NCBI GenBank assembly: GCA_002104905.1
Contig: MCFE01000175.1
Coordinates: 62,001 to 126,000 of the forward strand
Source: Basidiobolus meristosporus CBS 931.73
Lineage: Eukaryota > Fungi > Basidiobolomycota
Reading direction: 5' to 3'
Length of the DNA stretch: 64,000 nucleotides
The position numbers were made by a program, and so were the translations under genes. The stretch's first letter is position 1. Every line of letters begins with the position of its first letter. The notes under the pieces were generated by a model. That model ran no database searches and was not told where the DNA came from. It saw nothing but the letters and a program-made list of their open reading frames with translations. Below, one piece after another: positions 40,181 through 52,662 of the stretch.

Positions 40181-40193
40181 GGTTATGAGCCCT
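40181..40193 (+). promoter_or_regulatory. Ty5/copia-type PBS (internal fragment of initiator tRNA-Met)
   Basis: GGTTATGAGCCCT directly after the LTR; variants at 61989-62000 and 62720-62731 on the minus strand. Confidence 0.85.
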
Positions 40194-40229
40194 GAGCTGT
40201 CACTCTACTCAATGTCTTACTGCTATTGC

Positions 40230-41070
40230 TGGAGCTTTTCCCTCTGCTGAAATACTGGATGGATATAGTTACCAAGTGCAGAAGATGAAGATGAAGATGC
40301 TGCTACAAGAATGAGGCCTTTGGGATATTGTCATGGGAGAAGAATGCCCTCCTAAAGATGTGCAAGTGATATCATTAGAGTATCAGAAGACAGAACAAAG
40401 TGCCTTTAACTACATTTGCCTTAATGTCAAAGACAAATTGTTAACTCAATGCTCAAGAGCAAAAACAGCAAAGAATGCCTGAAATGCATCAGAGGACACC
40501 CACCAGTCATGAAAAAATCTCCTTACTACAAAGATGCTGCCAGAAGAAGAAAGAAAAATCTAATCCACCAAATTACCCTGCTGGTGGATGAGATGTATTC
40601 TGTGGACATACCAACTACTGATGGGGATGTAATAGTTACCATCCTGAATAGCCTGTTTGACAGGCTTCATGGCCTTGTATCAGCCCTAGAGTCCAGAACT
40701 GAAGATTTGACCTTAAATTAGGTATATGAAAGGCACCTGGATGTAGAATTAAGAAAATCAAGTGCCAATTAGAAGGAAGAGGGAAATGCTTTGATAAGCT
40801 ATAATAGCCAGCAAAGAAGATACCAATGACCTTTTAAAGGCAACACCAACCTGTTTTGCAGCTACTGCAAAAGAAAAGGACTCACATCAGATCAGTGCTT
40901 CAAAAAGGGAGATAGTCAGCAGAAAATGCTTGAATATGGAAATGCTGCAAAAACTGCTGACAGACTATTCAAATCTGCATTATATATTACCACAGACAAG
41001 GATTCTCAGAAGTGGTATTATGACTCTGGAGCATCTCAACACTTTACACACCAATAAGACCTTTTACTCA
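40230..41070 (+). pseudogene. gag: Copia gag and protease, decayed
   Basis: VIVTILNSL..LVSALESRTEDLTL, CSYCKRKG knuckle, WYYDSGASQH. Confidence 0.82.
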
Positions 41071-42901
41071 ACACCCCAGATTTCACAAAAAACTTAGTCA
41101 AAATGTTTCATCACTGCAATACAAATGTGGCTTTGGATTGGTTATCTGCCAATTTTCTCACTTTCTGATCCCAGACACTCTATCTGATCCTATCTTTGTG
41201 CATATTGCTTGGCTATTGCCTCTTTTTCACACTCTCTGGTTCCTGACTCAACCATTTCTCCACATTTCATGCATTCATATTGATTTATTTCTGCTGAAAC
41301 TTCTGTTATACCCTAACTGCCAATTGTCTCAACCAATAAAAGTCCCTGCACCCTACACTAATGCTAAGCCCAGCCCCACACTCAATAAGTCACTCCCTTA
41401 AAATCCACCACTCAACAAGTATTTCTGCTGTACAGAACTGTTTCTGTGACTTTAGCAGGAACGATACAGCTTTATGCCACTGCTCATTCACAATTTCCCA
41501 TATGTCCTGGTCTTCATCCAGCACTTCAGGGGCTAGCACCTGATCTGCCAGTCTTTGCAATCAATCCTTGCAACATTCAAGTGTATTTTCTTGAGCACTG
41601 CTCTTGAAGAAGTGCTGCTACCTTTTAGTGTGCCTGTTATTGTCCCAAAATCTTACCGAAGGCATTGTGATAACCTTGTGAGCTCTTAACATTGCACATT
41701 GTCTGTCTATTGGCTCCAGTTTAAAAGTGTAATAAGACTCCTGAATGGCTTAGCTGAACCTAGGTGACAACTAAGTGCAGGATCTCAGATGTGTCAGAGC
41801 ATGGCAGAATTATTAGCCAAGAAGTTCTGGCTTAATATTGGCCTTGTATAAAGCTAGGTTTGGCTATAAAGGCAACACAGTTGGTTTTGTCTGCAAACCA
41901 TACTTGATGTTCTTGGGTGTGCTAGGTATGCTAGGCTTAGGTAGAAACTGAAGCATAATTGTTGAGTTCTTGATTTTTCCAAGACACATTCTTAATTTTG
42001 TTGAGACACAAACTACACCAAAAGGTTCAGTAAGCTTTATTCATACTTCTTTCATGAAGTTGAGTTAGTAAGCACTAAGTGACTGCACAAGCTGAAGTCT
42101 ATTGGGATGCTGATAGGTGCATAAGATAAGTGAAAATTGCATCATTAATCAGCTGATGTCTTGGCAACTATGAAGTTCTAAGATAGATCTCAGATGACAA
42201 ATCACCTGGTAAGGCTTGGTAGATAAGTTGATAATATAATGGCAACATGAGAATTGATCAAGTGTGACAGATAATGATTGGTTCTGAGATGACATAAAAG
42301 AAGCCATAACTGGGATAAGCTATGTTTGGGTTGGGGAAAATCAGTTAGAGTACTACATTCTCTCTCAGTGTAAAATATGCCAAGTGTAAATGTTGGAACA
42401 CAATACTGTTGGCAAGACTCTTGTGCTTCCCTGTCACTGGTTTGGGCAAATCTTTCTCTCTTTACCTCTTCCTCTATCACTGCCTGGTCTTTTACTTCAC
42501 ATTGTCTCAGTGGTTCTTGTATTGAACTATGCTTTCTCCTTGATATATGCTGCTCTGATACATCTGTTTTGGCATGCTTGTCTCTTGCTGGCACTCTGCT
42601 GGCAACCTAACGCTTTTTTGCAGCTGCTCTGAGCTCTCAATGCATGCTATGACACACTCTGGAGGTAGCTGCTGCTTTTATCACTGCCAGGTCCTATGCT
42701 GCTACTTTGACTGGGTACTCCTTAAGTGGAACTACACTTTTTCCATGATACATGTTGTGCTAGTTCAGCTGTATCTGTCTGCTTTTCCCATATTGACACT
42801 CTTCCAGCTACTTGATCTCTCTTTGATGCTTGTTTGGAGCTTTCAGCCCTGCTTGCAAGGGGCTCTTGAGGAAGCCACTGGTTTGTAGCCATTGCATCTT
42901 T
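41071..42901 (-). mobile_element. CACTA-like left-subterminal and accessory-gene fragments with a family X LTR (~41725-42396)
   Basis: Aligns to 38700-39100 (inverted), 47090-47350 and 48850-49516. Confidence 0.68.
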
Positions 42902-43184
42902 CCCTATGAGAAATTATTGTGATGACCCTGTCAAAAGGCTGTCACAGAATTAAAGCCACATGACTAAGAGGTACTGAGCCCATCACAACACCATGCAGAG
43001 ACTGTTGAAAAATAATTGCACCCCAGGTTTCACAAAAAACTTGGTCAAAATCTTTCATCATAACAGTACATTAGTGGCTATTGATTGGTCTCTGCCAATC
43101 TGCTCACTTTCTGATCCTGGACACTTGATCACATCCTAAGTTAGTGTACAATGATTGGCTATTGCCTCTGTATCACACTCCTCA
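42902..43184 (+). mobile_element. CACTA-like left terminus
   Basis: Begins CCCTATGAGAAATTATTGTG; reverse complement of the ends at 39193 and 5330. Confidence 0.75.
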
Positions 43185-46100
43185 CCCTAGGAAAAATAAT
43201 TTGGTCCTACAGGTGGATCCAACCTGGATCAGCCATCAGGATCCCACTCACAGACCATCATTATACCAGTACTTGGAATTAGTGACCTTCTGGACAATCT
43301 TATAACAGGATGACTACAGTGTATTGCTGATTTTACTGTCAAATAAAGTTATGAAACTTGACCAGGTTTGATTGATGCTGTGACAGTTATTGGATGGCAT
43401 TGTTGCAGTCTTGTAGCGCTCTACAACAATTTCAAATGGATCTAACCAGCCAGGACATCCAATTGCCTTATATGGCAAAAAACTTAACAGTCTATCAATG
43501 GCCTGACAGCAAGAGTCAGAAGGCATTATTGAGGCAGTATGGAGGCATACAGTTAGCTTTGTATAATGCCACCATACCAATTAACTTAATGGTATTTTGT
43601 TTTTCTACCACCCCTTGTACAATTCACATATTCCACTGTGAGATCACCCATCTTTATTTGCCTACCCACTACAACCTTGGGTATTACACATATAGCTTGA
43701 GTCAAAAAAACTATGGCCTCCTGCTTACTAACCTCTACAAGCATGCAAACTTGCTGCAATTGACATACTTCTATCACCTCAACTTTACAGCTTTTTAGTG
43801 TGATACTTGCAAAGTTGCCATATACCTTGTACTGCTGGTAACATATAGATCTTGCAAACATATGCTTGGTTGGTGCCACTTCTGCCATGAATACCTCCTG
43901 AAAATCCGCAAAGAGCTTCTTGGTATTTAGCTAATATATTCCTTCTTCCTGCTGGATTTTAGTCCCCCTTATAGGTGCGCTCTGGCTCCTGTTTGCATGA
44001 ATTCTGAATTGAATGATGTAGAAGTTGGCTTGTGACCAAGAGAAACCCAGCATACCTTGGTAGAGCTTTCCTAATAAAATTTAGTTGCTTGTTGCACCCA
44101 ACCCAACTTGCATTACTTAACTGATTATCCATGCATTGGGGCTGATTAGCTTCTTAATGCCATAGGCATAGGTGTCTCCATGTGTGCATCTGTCCTCAAT
44201 ATTTTCCAACTCTTCCTGGCTGTCCTCCATGTGCCAACTCATCACATCCATGATGGACTTGAAGATAATATTCTTGATGAGATTGGATATGGTAGTACCG
44301 GCAAGTTGACTTGTCTTTGTATATCCCCACACATTTGCTCCATAGGAAACTCCCATAAGGTGAAGCAAGGACCAATATTCTCCACACACTGAGCAAGATG
44401 GAGTAGAGAATGGGTACAGTACCAGCAGAGATCTATGCGCTCAGCTTTATGTTTGTAGTATAGCCCTCAAATCCCATTACAAACTCCTCTCACAACAGCT
44501 GTAGATGTTTCAAGTTGGCATTAGTGAATTGCTTCTGGTTAAATATTCCTACAATCTCCACATATGACTCCCAATGCTCCCAATGTACTCTTGGTGTGAA
44601 CGGCTTTGGAACACCACTTGAATAAATACCTATCCAGTTCATCTAGTCTTTGCATTTGTATTGTTGAGTATGCGTATGAATATTGATTGGAGCCTGTGAG
44701 AAGTACCTAGGGTGGTGGATACTTTGTAATATCTTGCCAATTCTTTCAAATTTCTCTGGTATCCCAAAAGGCTCATTTTGCTTGAAATGCTGCTTATATA
44801 ACTTGGTCATTAGTATAGGAATATTGCTGAAAAGCAGATGCATTGCTCCCTGTGGAAAGTTTTTGCTCCAGCAGATGCCCACTATCTTAAGTATCTCCAG
44901 TTTCCAGTTGATTCTGTATTCCAGTCAATGGCTTATGGCTTGCCAACTTTGCTGCAATTGCATGCTGACTTCTGTATGTTCTCTCTGTGGGAAGATGATG
45001 CTCTTAGTGTTGGTGTTTGGGTAATAATAATGTGTGTGAGTTATGGAGTAAATCCCCTGGATCTCACACATTTGACAGCAATGCCATCCATTGTGCCTAA
45101 AAAAAACCTGCTATTTTGCAGATAGCTGGGGTATCACCAATGCAGATAATTAGATGTGCATTTAGATATCAGGCATTTACTGTCATCCCACGGGAAAGCA
45201 TAAATATTCATCCAGCAATGGATACAGGTAGCTATCCAGGTTGGACAGTAATTTAGGTCCAGATACCAGCAAGACTACCATCAGATTTTTGCTCTGATAT
45301 GTGGTAATGGAAAGTATTCCATTACTACAATATCTCTAAACCAATATTGCACTCATTTCTTTATTTTGCTTTTTGCTATCGTAACATACAAGAGAAAGAT
45401 CAAGAATTTCCAACTTTGAAGAGCAAATGCTCCAGACCCTGACAAGCAATCCACCCAAGAATATTATGTCATACAGAACACGTAGTAGCCAACACATGTT
45501 TCAAATTACAGCTCATTTGAAGCAGTACTTAAGGAGTTATGACCAAAAGAGTCCAACTATTATATATACTATGCCTTATTGCTAGGATTACTATGGTGAC
45601 TTTGATCGCGTGTAACTTTTGAACCAGCCAATCAAATCACGTGAGATTCTCACAGGTGCTGCGCCTATGTCCGATCTGCGCCACTGCAAAATTATAGCTT
45701 CGTATCACGTGTATTGCTTGCGCAATTACCCAAAAACTTTGATCCTTCAAAATTTTCATATATATGACTTCCCCAGCTGAAAAATAAAGGGAGAGCCTCT
45801 CTTTCCAGAATCTCCACACTACGATTACAAGTTTAAAGGTTATAAGACTTCCCCTGCATCACTTGCACTGTTGAGTATTCTGACTTTGATTGGTACTACA
45901 TCAGTAAAGAGACTGCAAAGCTCACAAGAATCCAATCTAAGTTCTACAAGAAACTACCACTTTTCTGTCGGAAAAGTCCCCTCTAAGAAACCCCTTTACT
46001 CTAAAGACACCCCTTTAGACACCCCTTTAGTCTAAAGACCCCTTTAGAGACCCCTTTAAGAAACCCCTTTACTCTAAAGAAGCCCCTTTAGGCACCCCTT

Positions 46101-47090
46101 TAGTGTAAAGTCCACTTTAGAGACCACTACAAGAAGCCCCTTTACTCTAAAGACACCCCTTTAGACACCCCTTTAGGTCTAAAGACCCCTTTAGAGACTT
46201 CTATAACACACCCCTTTAGGTTAAAGGGGAGTTCAGAGTTTCCATATTAGGAAATATTTTCTCAGAAAGGAAAGTGACTTCCAAATAAGGAAAAGTTACT
46301 ATAAAAGTAAATAAGCCCATTAGTCGACAGAAGGTCAGAACACTGCTGTAGAAGTGATAAACACTGCCTACAGTATATTTTGAGCCCAAGATTGAGGAAA
46401 TTAGTGAAAGTTATATCTTCTAACGGTATATCAAACTCCCAATAAATTATTTCAGTATTAGCATACTGGAAGTTGTTGTATATTGTTGATTAGCCTCTAC
46501 ATTGTAGAACAAGCCCCAAACTAATCATAATACAACACAACAGATATTGTAAGATAGGTGGCAGATTCAGATTGATGAGAATTAGTGGCCAGCAGGATGT
46601 GCTGGTAGAGTACTTGTTTAATGAGAATCCATCCAGTGATAAGGCAAAGGCATGGTCATATACATTTTCAGAGTAGCCTTTGCTTCTTAGCTGTTTTTGA
46701 TGTTTGTCATCAAATATACTGGGCATGTTTGAACTTGATTGATACTTAGTGTGGTACTGAATAGCTTTGCATTATTTGTTGAACCACATAAGCTTCTATA
46801 GACAGGGTATTATTGGAATGTATCTGGAGTGTGAACAATATTTTCCCTTAATGGTGGTGAATTCTTGACAATTTGGACACATTTCAATGGTAGCATTTCT
46901 GGATGTGAATGCCATGCAACTGTCAACACATGCTGGAATCAGGACAGTCTCTGGGTCACATGTTGCCAGCCACATGACAGTTGTCCACTCATAGCATATT
47001 CATGGTAAGTTGTATCCTGGTATGATTTTGGCAAGAAGTAGTAATAAATCCTCAAAGCCCCTGCTACTAATATCAGTGAAAACAGTCAAT
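43185..47090 (-). mobile_element. CACTA-like element, right terminus plus Tnp2 remnant, split by solo LTR Y2
   Basis: Begins CCCTAGGAAAAATAATT with GATC repeats; YDHAFALSLDGFSLNKYSTSTSCWPLILINLNLPP at 46490-46726. Confidence 0.8.
45300..46542 (+). mobile_element. Solo LTR family Y (1243 bp), 4-bp TSD GATA
   Basis: GATA at 45296-45299 and 46543-46546; host Tnp2 sequence is contiguous across the site. Confidence 0.9.
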
Positions 47091-47575
47091 TAGTATTTCT
47101 GCTGTAACACTCTAGTTCCATGACTCTAGCAGGAACCCAATGGCTTTATGCCACTGTTCATTCACTGTTTCCCACACATCCTGGTCTTCAGTCTGCACTT
47201 CAAGGTTTAGCACCTCATCTGCCAGTCTTTGCAATAAATCCAGGCAATATTCTAGTGCATTTTCTTGTGCACTACTCTTAAAGAAGTGCTCCAACCTTTT
47301 GGTGTGCCTATTAATGTTCCAAAATTCTACTGAAGGCATTGTAATAGTCTTTTGAGTTCTTAACATTGTAGCCTTGCATGTCAGTTGGATCTCCACGCTG
47401 TCAACAATGGAGTATGTGGAGGCTGTGGTAGTCAAATTACCTTTCTCTGAAGACTCATCTACCTTGCTGGAGTGTAGCTCAACTGCCTGTGCTTCCAACT
47501 CTTGTGAAAACAGCTGTTTTTTTGTTGGTAATGCTTCTTGGCTATGATGGGATTCAGTCTGTTCCAGGCTTACGG

Positions 47576-48378
47576 TGTGGTAGGGTAAACATACCTCCCA
47601 CAGACAAGTTTACTCATATAGTCATTATGATATACTTATCCATATTTTATCTTATCAGTATTATCCCATTCATCTTTTGCCCATATTATCAGTATTATCC
47701 CCATATGATGTTTACCCTGATTAGTTATTAGCATTAGTTATCCCAGATGTTATTCAGCTTTGTGATCATTATATGTATCTACATATGGCAAGTACCGCAT
47801 CACTACCCATGACACATGACCTAGGTCTGTGTTACCATCCCTACCATTTCAATACCATATATGGTATTTCCATGTTGTTCAGGTTTCAGACTACTGATTC
47901 CTGATTGGTTGGATGTGCTGTGCCTTTTAGAACCTTCCAGGACATTCTTGGCATATTTTTAGCTCATAGTGATGTCATCAAGAATTCCACTGATGCCTAG
48001 AATCTTCTAGAACCTTGTCATTAGTAATCACTTGGCAATCAGGAAAAGTATTTAAGGGAAAGCAATCTCTCATCAATATATCATCCCTTCTATCAGTAAC
48101 ACTTCTACCTTATTGATTAGCAGTTGATCACTGCACCTGCCTTCAACAGTACATCTCAGATCTGCCATCAAGGAGCTTTTCAGGGTAGTGGACAAGACAC
48201 ACAGAGGCCTTTGGAGACACTTGGAGCACCTAGGAAGCTAGAGAAGCAGGAGCTTTTACCATAGTAAAATATTGACAAAGACACCAGCAGTTTAGACACA
48301 GAGGTTATTGCACCCATCAGACTCCTCACACACCTTGAGTTGTGTAGCTTCTCCCAGGAGTACCTCTACACCACCACA
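47576..48378 (+). mobile_element. Solo LTR related to family A (A4, 803 bp), 4-bp TSD ACGG
   Basis: ACGG at 47572-47575 and 48379-48382; middle part is the reverse complement of ~2440-2700; ends TACACCACCACA. Confidence 0.9.
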
Positions 48379-48840
48379 ACGGTGTTAATTATCAAGAACT
48401 GCTGCTTTTTTTGCATGCTTCTCTTTCTCAGGATTGGGTAGACATTTTCCCCTTACCTTTTCCTTTCTCACTACCAGGTCTCACACTGCTACTTTGAGTT
48501 TTTCTTGAAATGAGCTACATTTTCTCCTTGATAAATTCTGCTCTGATGCATCTGTTTTGGCCTCCTTGTCCCTTGCTGGTACTCTTCTGGCAACCTGATG
48601 CTTCTTGGTCACTTGTCTTGAGCTCTCAGTCATAGTTGTTACAGGCCCCTGAGAAAGCTGCTAGCTTCTATCACTGTCAGGTCCTTCACTACTACTATAA
48701 CTGAGTGCTTCTTGAGTACTACTACGCTCCTTCCTTGAGGAATGTTGTGCTGGTGTATCTGTGTTGGCCTGCCTTTCCCTTATTGGCACTCTTCCAGCTA
48801 CCTGACATCTCTTTGATGCTTGTTTGGATCTTTCAACACT

Positions 48841-49516
48841 TGTTGTATCCAAGAGAAAAGTGTAATAAAACTCTTGAATGAGTTAACTGAACCTAAGTGG
48901 CAACTAAGTGCAGAAACTTAGAATTGTCAAGAGTGCCAGAAATATTAGCAGAGAGTTCTGTTCAAATATTGGTCTTATATATAGCTGAGTTGGGCTATAA
49001 AGGCAACAGAGTAGGTTTGCTATGCAGGCTAGGCTTGGTGTTCTTGAGAGTGCTAGATATACTAAGCTTGGATAGAAACTAGAATGGATTTGTCAAATTC
49101 TTGATTTTATTGAGACACACATCAAACCAAAAGGTTCAGTAGACTTTGCTTATACATTTCTGATTGAGTTACATTAGTAAGCACCAAGAGACTGGACTAA
49201 TTGAAATCTGTTGGGGTGTTGCTAGGTGCATAAGATAAATGAAAAATTGCATCATTAATCAGCTGATGTCTTGGCAACTGCTAAGTGGTTGGATAAATCT
49301 CAGATGACTAATCACTTGGAAAGGCTTAGCAGATCAGTTGAGGACGTAATGTGCACATGAAAATTGATCAGGTGGGACAGCCAAAAAAAGATTCCGAGAA
49401 GTGATAAAATAAACCATAACAGGGATTAGTTATGTTTGGGTTAGGAAAAATCAGTTAGGGTACTAGATTTTCTAATGGAGTGATATTGGCCAAGTTTTAA
49501 ATGTTGATGCACAACA
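48841..49516. mobile_element. Solo LTR family X (676 bp), TSD ACACT/AAACT
   Basis: TGTTGT...ACAACA termini; accessory gene is contiguous across the site. Confidence 0.87.
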
Positions 49517-52500
49517 AAACTGCTTCAAACAGGCTCTTGAGGAAGCTGCTGGTTTTTAGCCATGGCTCCCTTGTTCTTCTGCCATTCTTGAGATACTTTC
49601 TTAGCATTCCAGTGCTGGCCCAAAATCTGTTTGCCCAGTTGAATCCAGGATAATGCTCATGGCACAAGTCAAGCGCATTCTGCTTGGCCTTGAGTTCCTG
49701 ATGTACCCATGATATGATGGCCTAAAGGTGATAGTGTGCTAGACTTCTGACAGCCATGTAAATAGTAGCCCACTCCTCATTATTGCACTCAGCAGCTTCA
49801 CAAATCTTCAATGTCTTTTGATTTTTAGGCTTTGGTATAAATGCTACATTCTCTCCCACATGTGTTGAGATAGGTTTTTCTGTGGGTTTTATCTTTGGGC
49901 ACTGTTGTTGTGCTTCACAGACTGTACGGTGATCCTCTGCTGTTACATTGGGAAATGGCTCAAATCTTGCCTGGGACATTGAGCTACTTGAGCTCTTAGT
50001 TTACAGCAACAAGACTGCTTTCTCTACCTGAGATATTGACTGCTCTACAAATACTATCTGCTCATCCTGTTTCTGGACTATTTCCTGAGTTTTCTGGGCC
50101 ATTGCATCTATCCTATCAACTACTGCACCTAATTACCTCATTGAAGCTTTAGTATGAGCTGACAGCATACTTGCTAATATGGGTGGTGGTGTTGTTATGA
50201 CAGCAACTTGCTGGTCTTCAACTGAAGGTACTGCATTTGCAACACTCTGAACTGCCTGAGCATAACAGTCAGTTTGCGGCTGTGCAGAGGTTCTCAATTG
50301 CCCATTTGACTGAGAGCTAGAGGAGTCCACAGTTTTACCTTCAGTGGGCACAGAGTCAATATGGCCTTTTTTGGATGTAGCCCTGCTTGTTGCACTGAAT
50401 GTCAAATCAAGCTGTTGTCCAACCATTCTTCTGCTGCAATCAGTGGTGGGGCTTGGTTGGAAATTGGACAACTTTGCTTTATTCTTTGACCGCATATATG
50501 TGGAAGTGAGTAAATCCTAGGGGGAAATAGCATTACATATATGTGGGTATGTGGTGCCATAACTTTATTTATAAAACTTACTGTGATGGGTTATCATTGA
50601 ATTTTACACTCATGTAGGTACAATGCCTCAAGTACAAGACTGTCAGAAATTCTCATTAGTATTGACCAAAAAGGGATATATTAGTGTTATGTTTTTGAAG
50701 TTCACACTGTTTGCCCCATGGACAAGACTACTTTGATTCAACACCATAAGAGAAGAGAATAAAGGCCATGTGGCTATTGTAGCTAGCCTCTCAGCCATGA
50801 AGCATACCCACAGAATAGGAAGTATTACAATGATCATGGCCAGTGTTTTGCTACACTAGTCATATTTGACCATCCATCTGTCACTACTGTACCAACATTA
50901 TCTTGCTGGCTAGCTGTTACTTCTATATTGGCACCTGGCTGTCTTTGTAACCATGCGCAAACTGAGTCAGATGAGTTTGTGTTGCCTTTAGGCTCACCTC
51001 AGACTTCTGAATATGGTGCGCAGAGTGATAGTTCTGACAAAGTAGGCTCACCAATGAATAGTGGGCCTATCTCCCCAAACAACAGTACCATGTATGAGCC
51101 CAGTCAAATCCTAATATGCAAAGAGAGAACAACAATTGAAACAAATGCCAAGGATACTTTATGGAGCCAAGTTAGCCTAGTAATCTATCTACTGGTGACT
51201 GATGTAATGTTGTGGCTAGAGAAGTGGTGTGTTTCCACTAATACCAGTAATGGGGGCTTTGAGGATTTACTACTACATCTTGCCAAAATCATTCTGGGAT
51301 GCAAATTATAGCTTATATGTTACAAGTGAGTAACTGTCATGCAGCTGGCAACATATGACCCAAAGACTCTCCTAATTTCAGCATTTGTTAGTAGTTGCAT
51401 GGCATTCACATCCAAAAATGCCACCATTGTAACATGTCTAAATTGTCAGGAATCCACCACCATAGAGGGAAAATATCATTCACATTGCAGATATATTCTA
51501 TTAATACCCTGTCTAGAGAAGCCCATGCAGTCCAGCAAATACTGCAAAGCTATAAAGTACTGCACTTGGTATCAATCAAGCTCAAACATATCCAATTTAT
51601 TCTGTGGCAAACATTACAAACAGCTAAGAAGCAAGGGCTACATTCAAGGTAAATATGACCATGTCTTTACCTTAGCATCAGAAGGATTCTCATTAAGAAA
51701 GTACTATACCAGCAAATCCTGCTGGCCACTGATTCTCATCAACCTGAATCTGCTGCCTATCATATGGTATCAGAGCAAAAATCTGATGGTAGTCTCACTG
51801 GTATTGGGGCCTAAATCACTCTCCAACCTGGATAGCTATCTGTAACCAGTGCTGGATAAACTTTTATGCTTTTCAGCAGGATAACAGTCAAAGGCTGCCA
51901 TATCAAAGCATATGTCAATAGAATTGTTCCATCGTACCGTGCCAGGGTGCGCGGCGCGATCCGCGGTTGCAAAGAACAATCGGGCGCAATATTATAGCTA
52001 CCAGAAGGCAGGATCGTTCTTGGACGATTTTGCACTATGCGGGACAATCTCGCACACTATGGCACAATCTGACACAATGAGGTTGGCGCGGATGATTGCG
52101 CCAACTTGTAATGATTGCATCACGTGCGCGATCGGATACCGCTATAATGGCAGGTAAAATCCGGTATTTGGATATGTTTCTTTAATGTAAATGGAAATAA
52201 ATGTGTATCACACTATAAACTACACTGATACTTACCATTTTGGCTACCCTCACTCCAATTGGACGGTATCTCAGTGGTTAATTGGTCCAAAAGTATCCTG
52301 AAGCTGGCAGCCCCCAATTGGCTCATTGACTACTGAAAAAGCTACCTGATTTGCCATCAAATATCCCATTTTGCCCATTGAGCAAGTAAATCCCTGATCC
52401 TAGTGATTGGGCAAGGTGTCATAGCTAGCACTCAAGCGATTGTGTAGGTGCAAAACAGATCCAATAGCTGCACTGGTATTACAGATGATGTATATATATG

Positions 52501-52662
52501 CAGGGTGTTTATTTATAGGGGTTCTGTCTCAAATGTGAGACAACCTTGATATTACTTATATCAAAAATTTGATGATCACTGATTTGCAATGGCTCGATTC
52601 GGATCGCAAAAAAAAAGGGTTGTCGGGATCATTACAAATGTGAGCAATTCAAAGCAATCGCA

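Noticed and set aside
42899-43187. TSD length for the CACTA-like family
   Set aside because: No left and right terminus of the same insertion can be paired in this window, so no TSD can be read
45975-46230. CRISPR array or telomeric repeat
   Set aside because: Units are degenerate tandem monomers without unique spacers, are not TTAGGG-type, and lie inside a TSD-bounded LTR present in several copies
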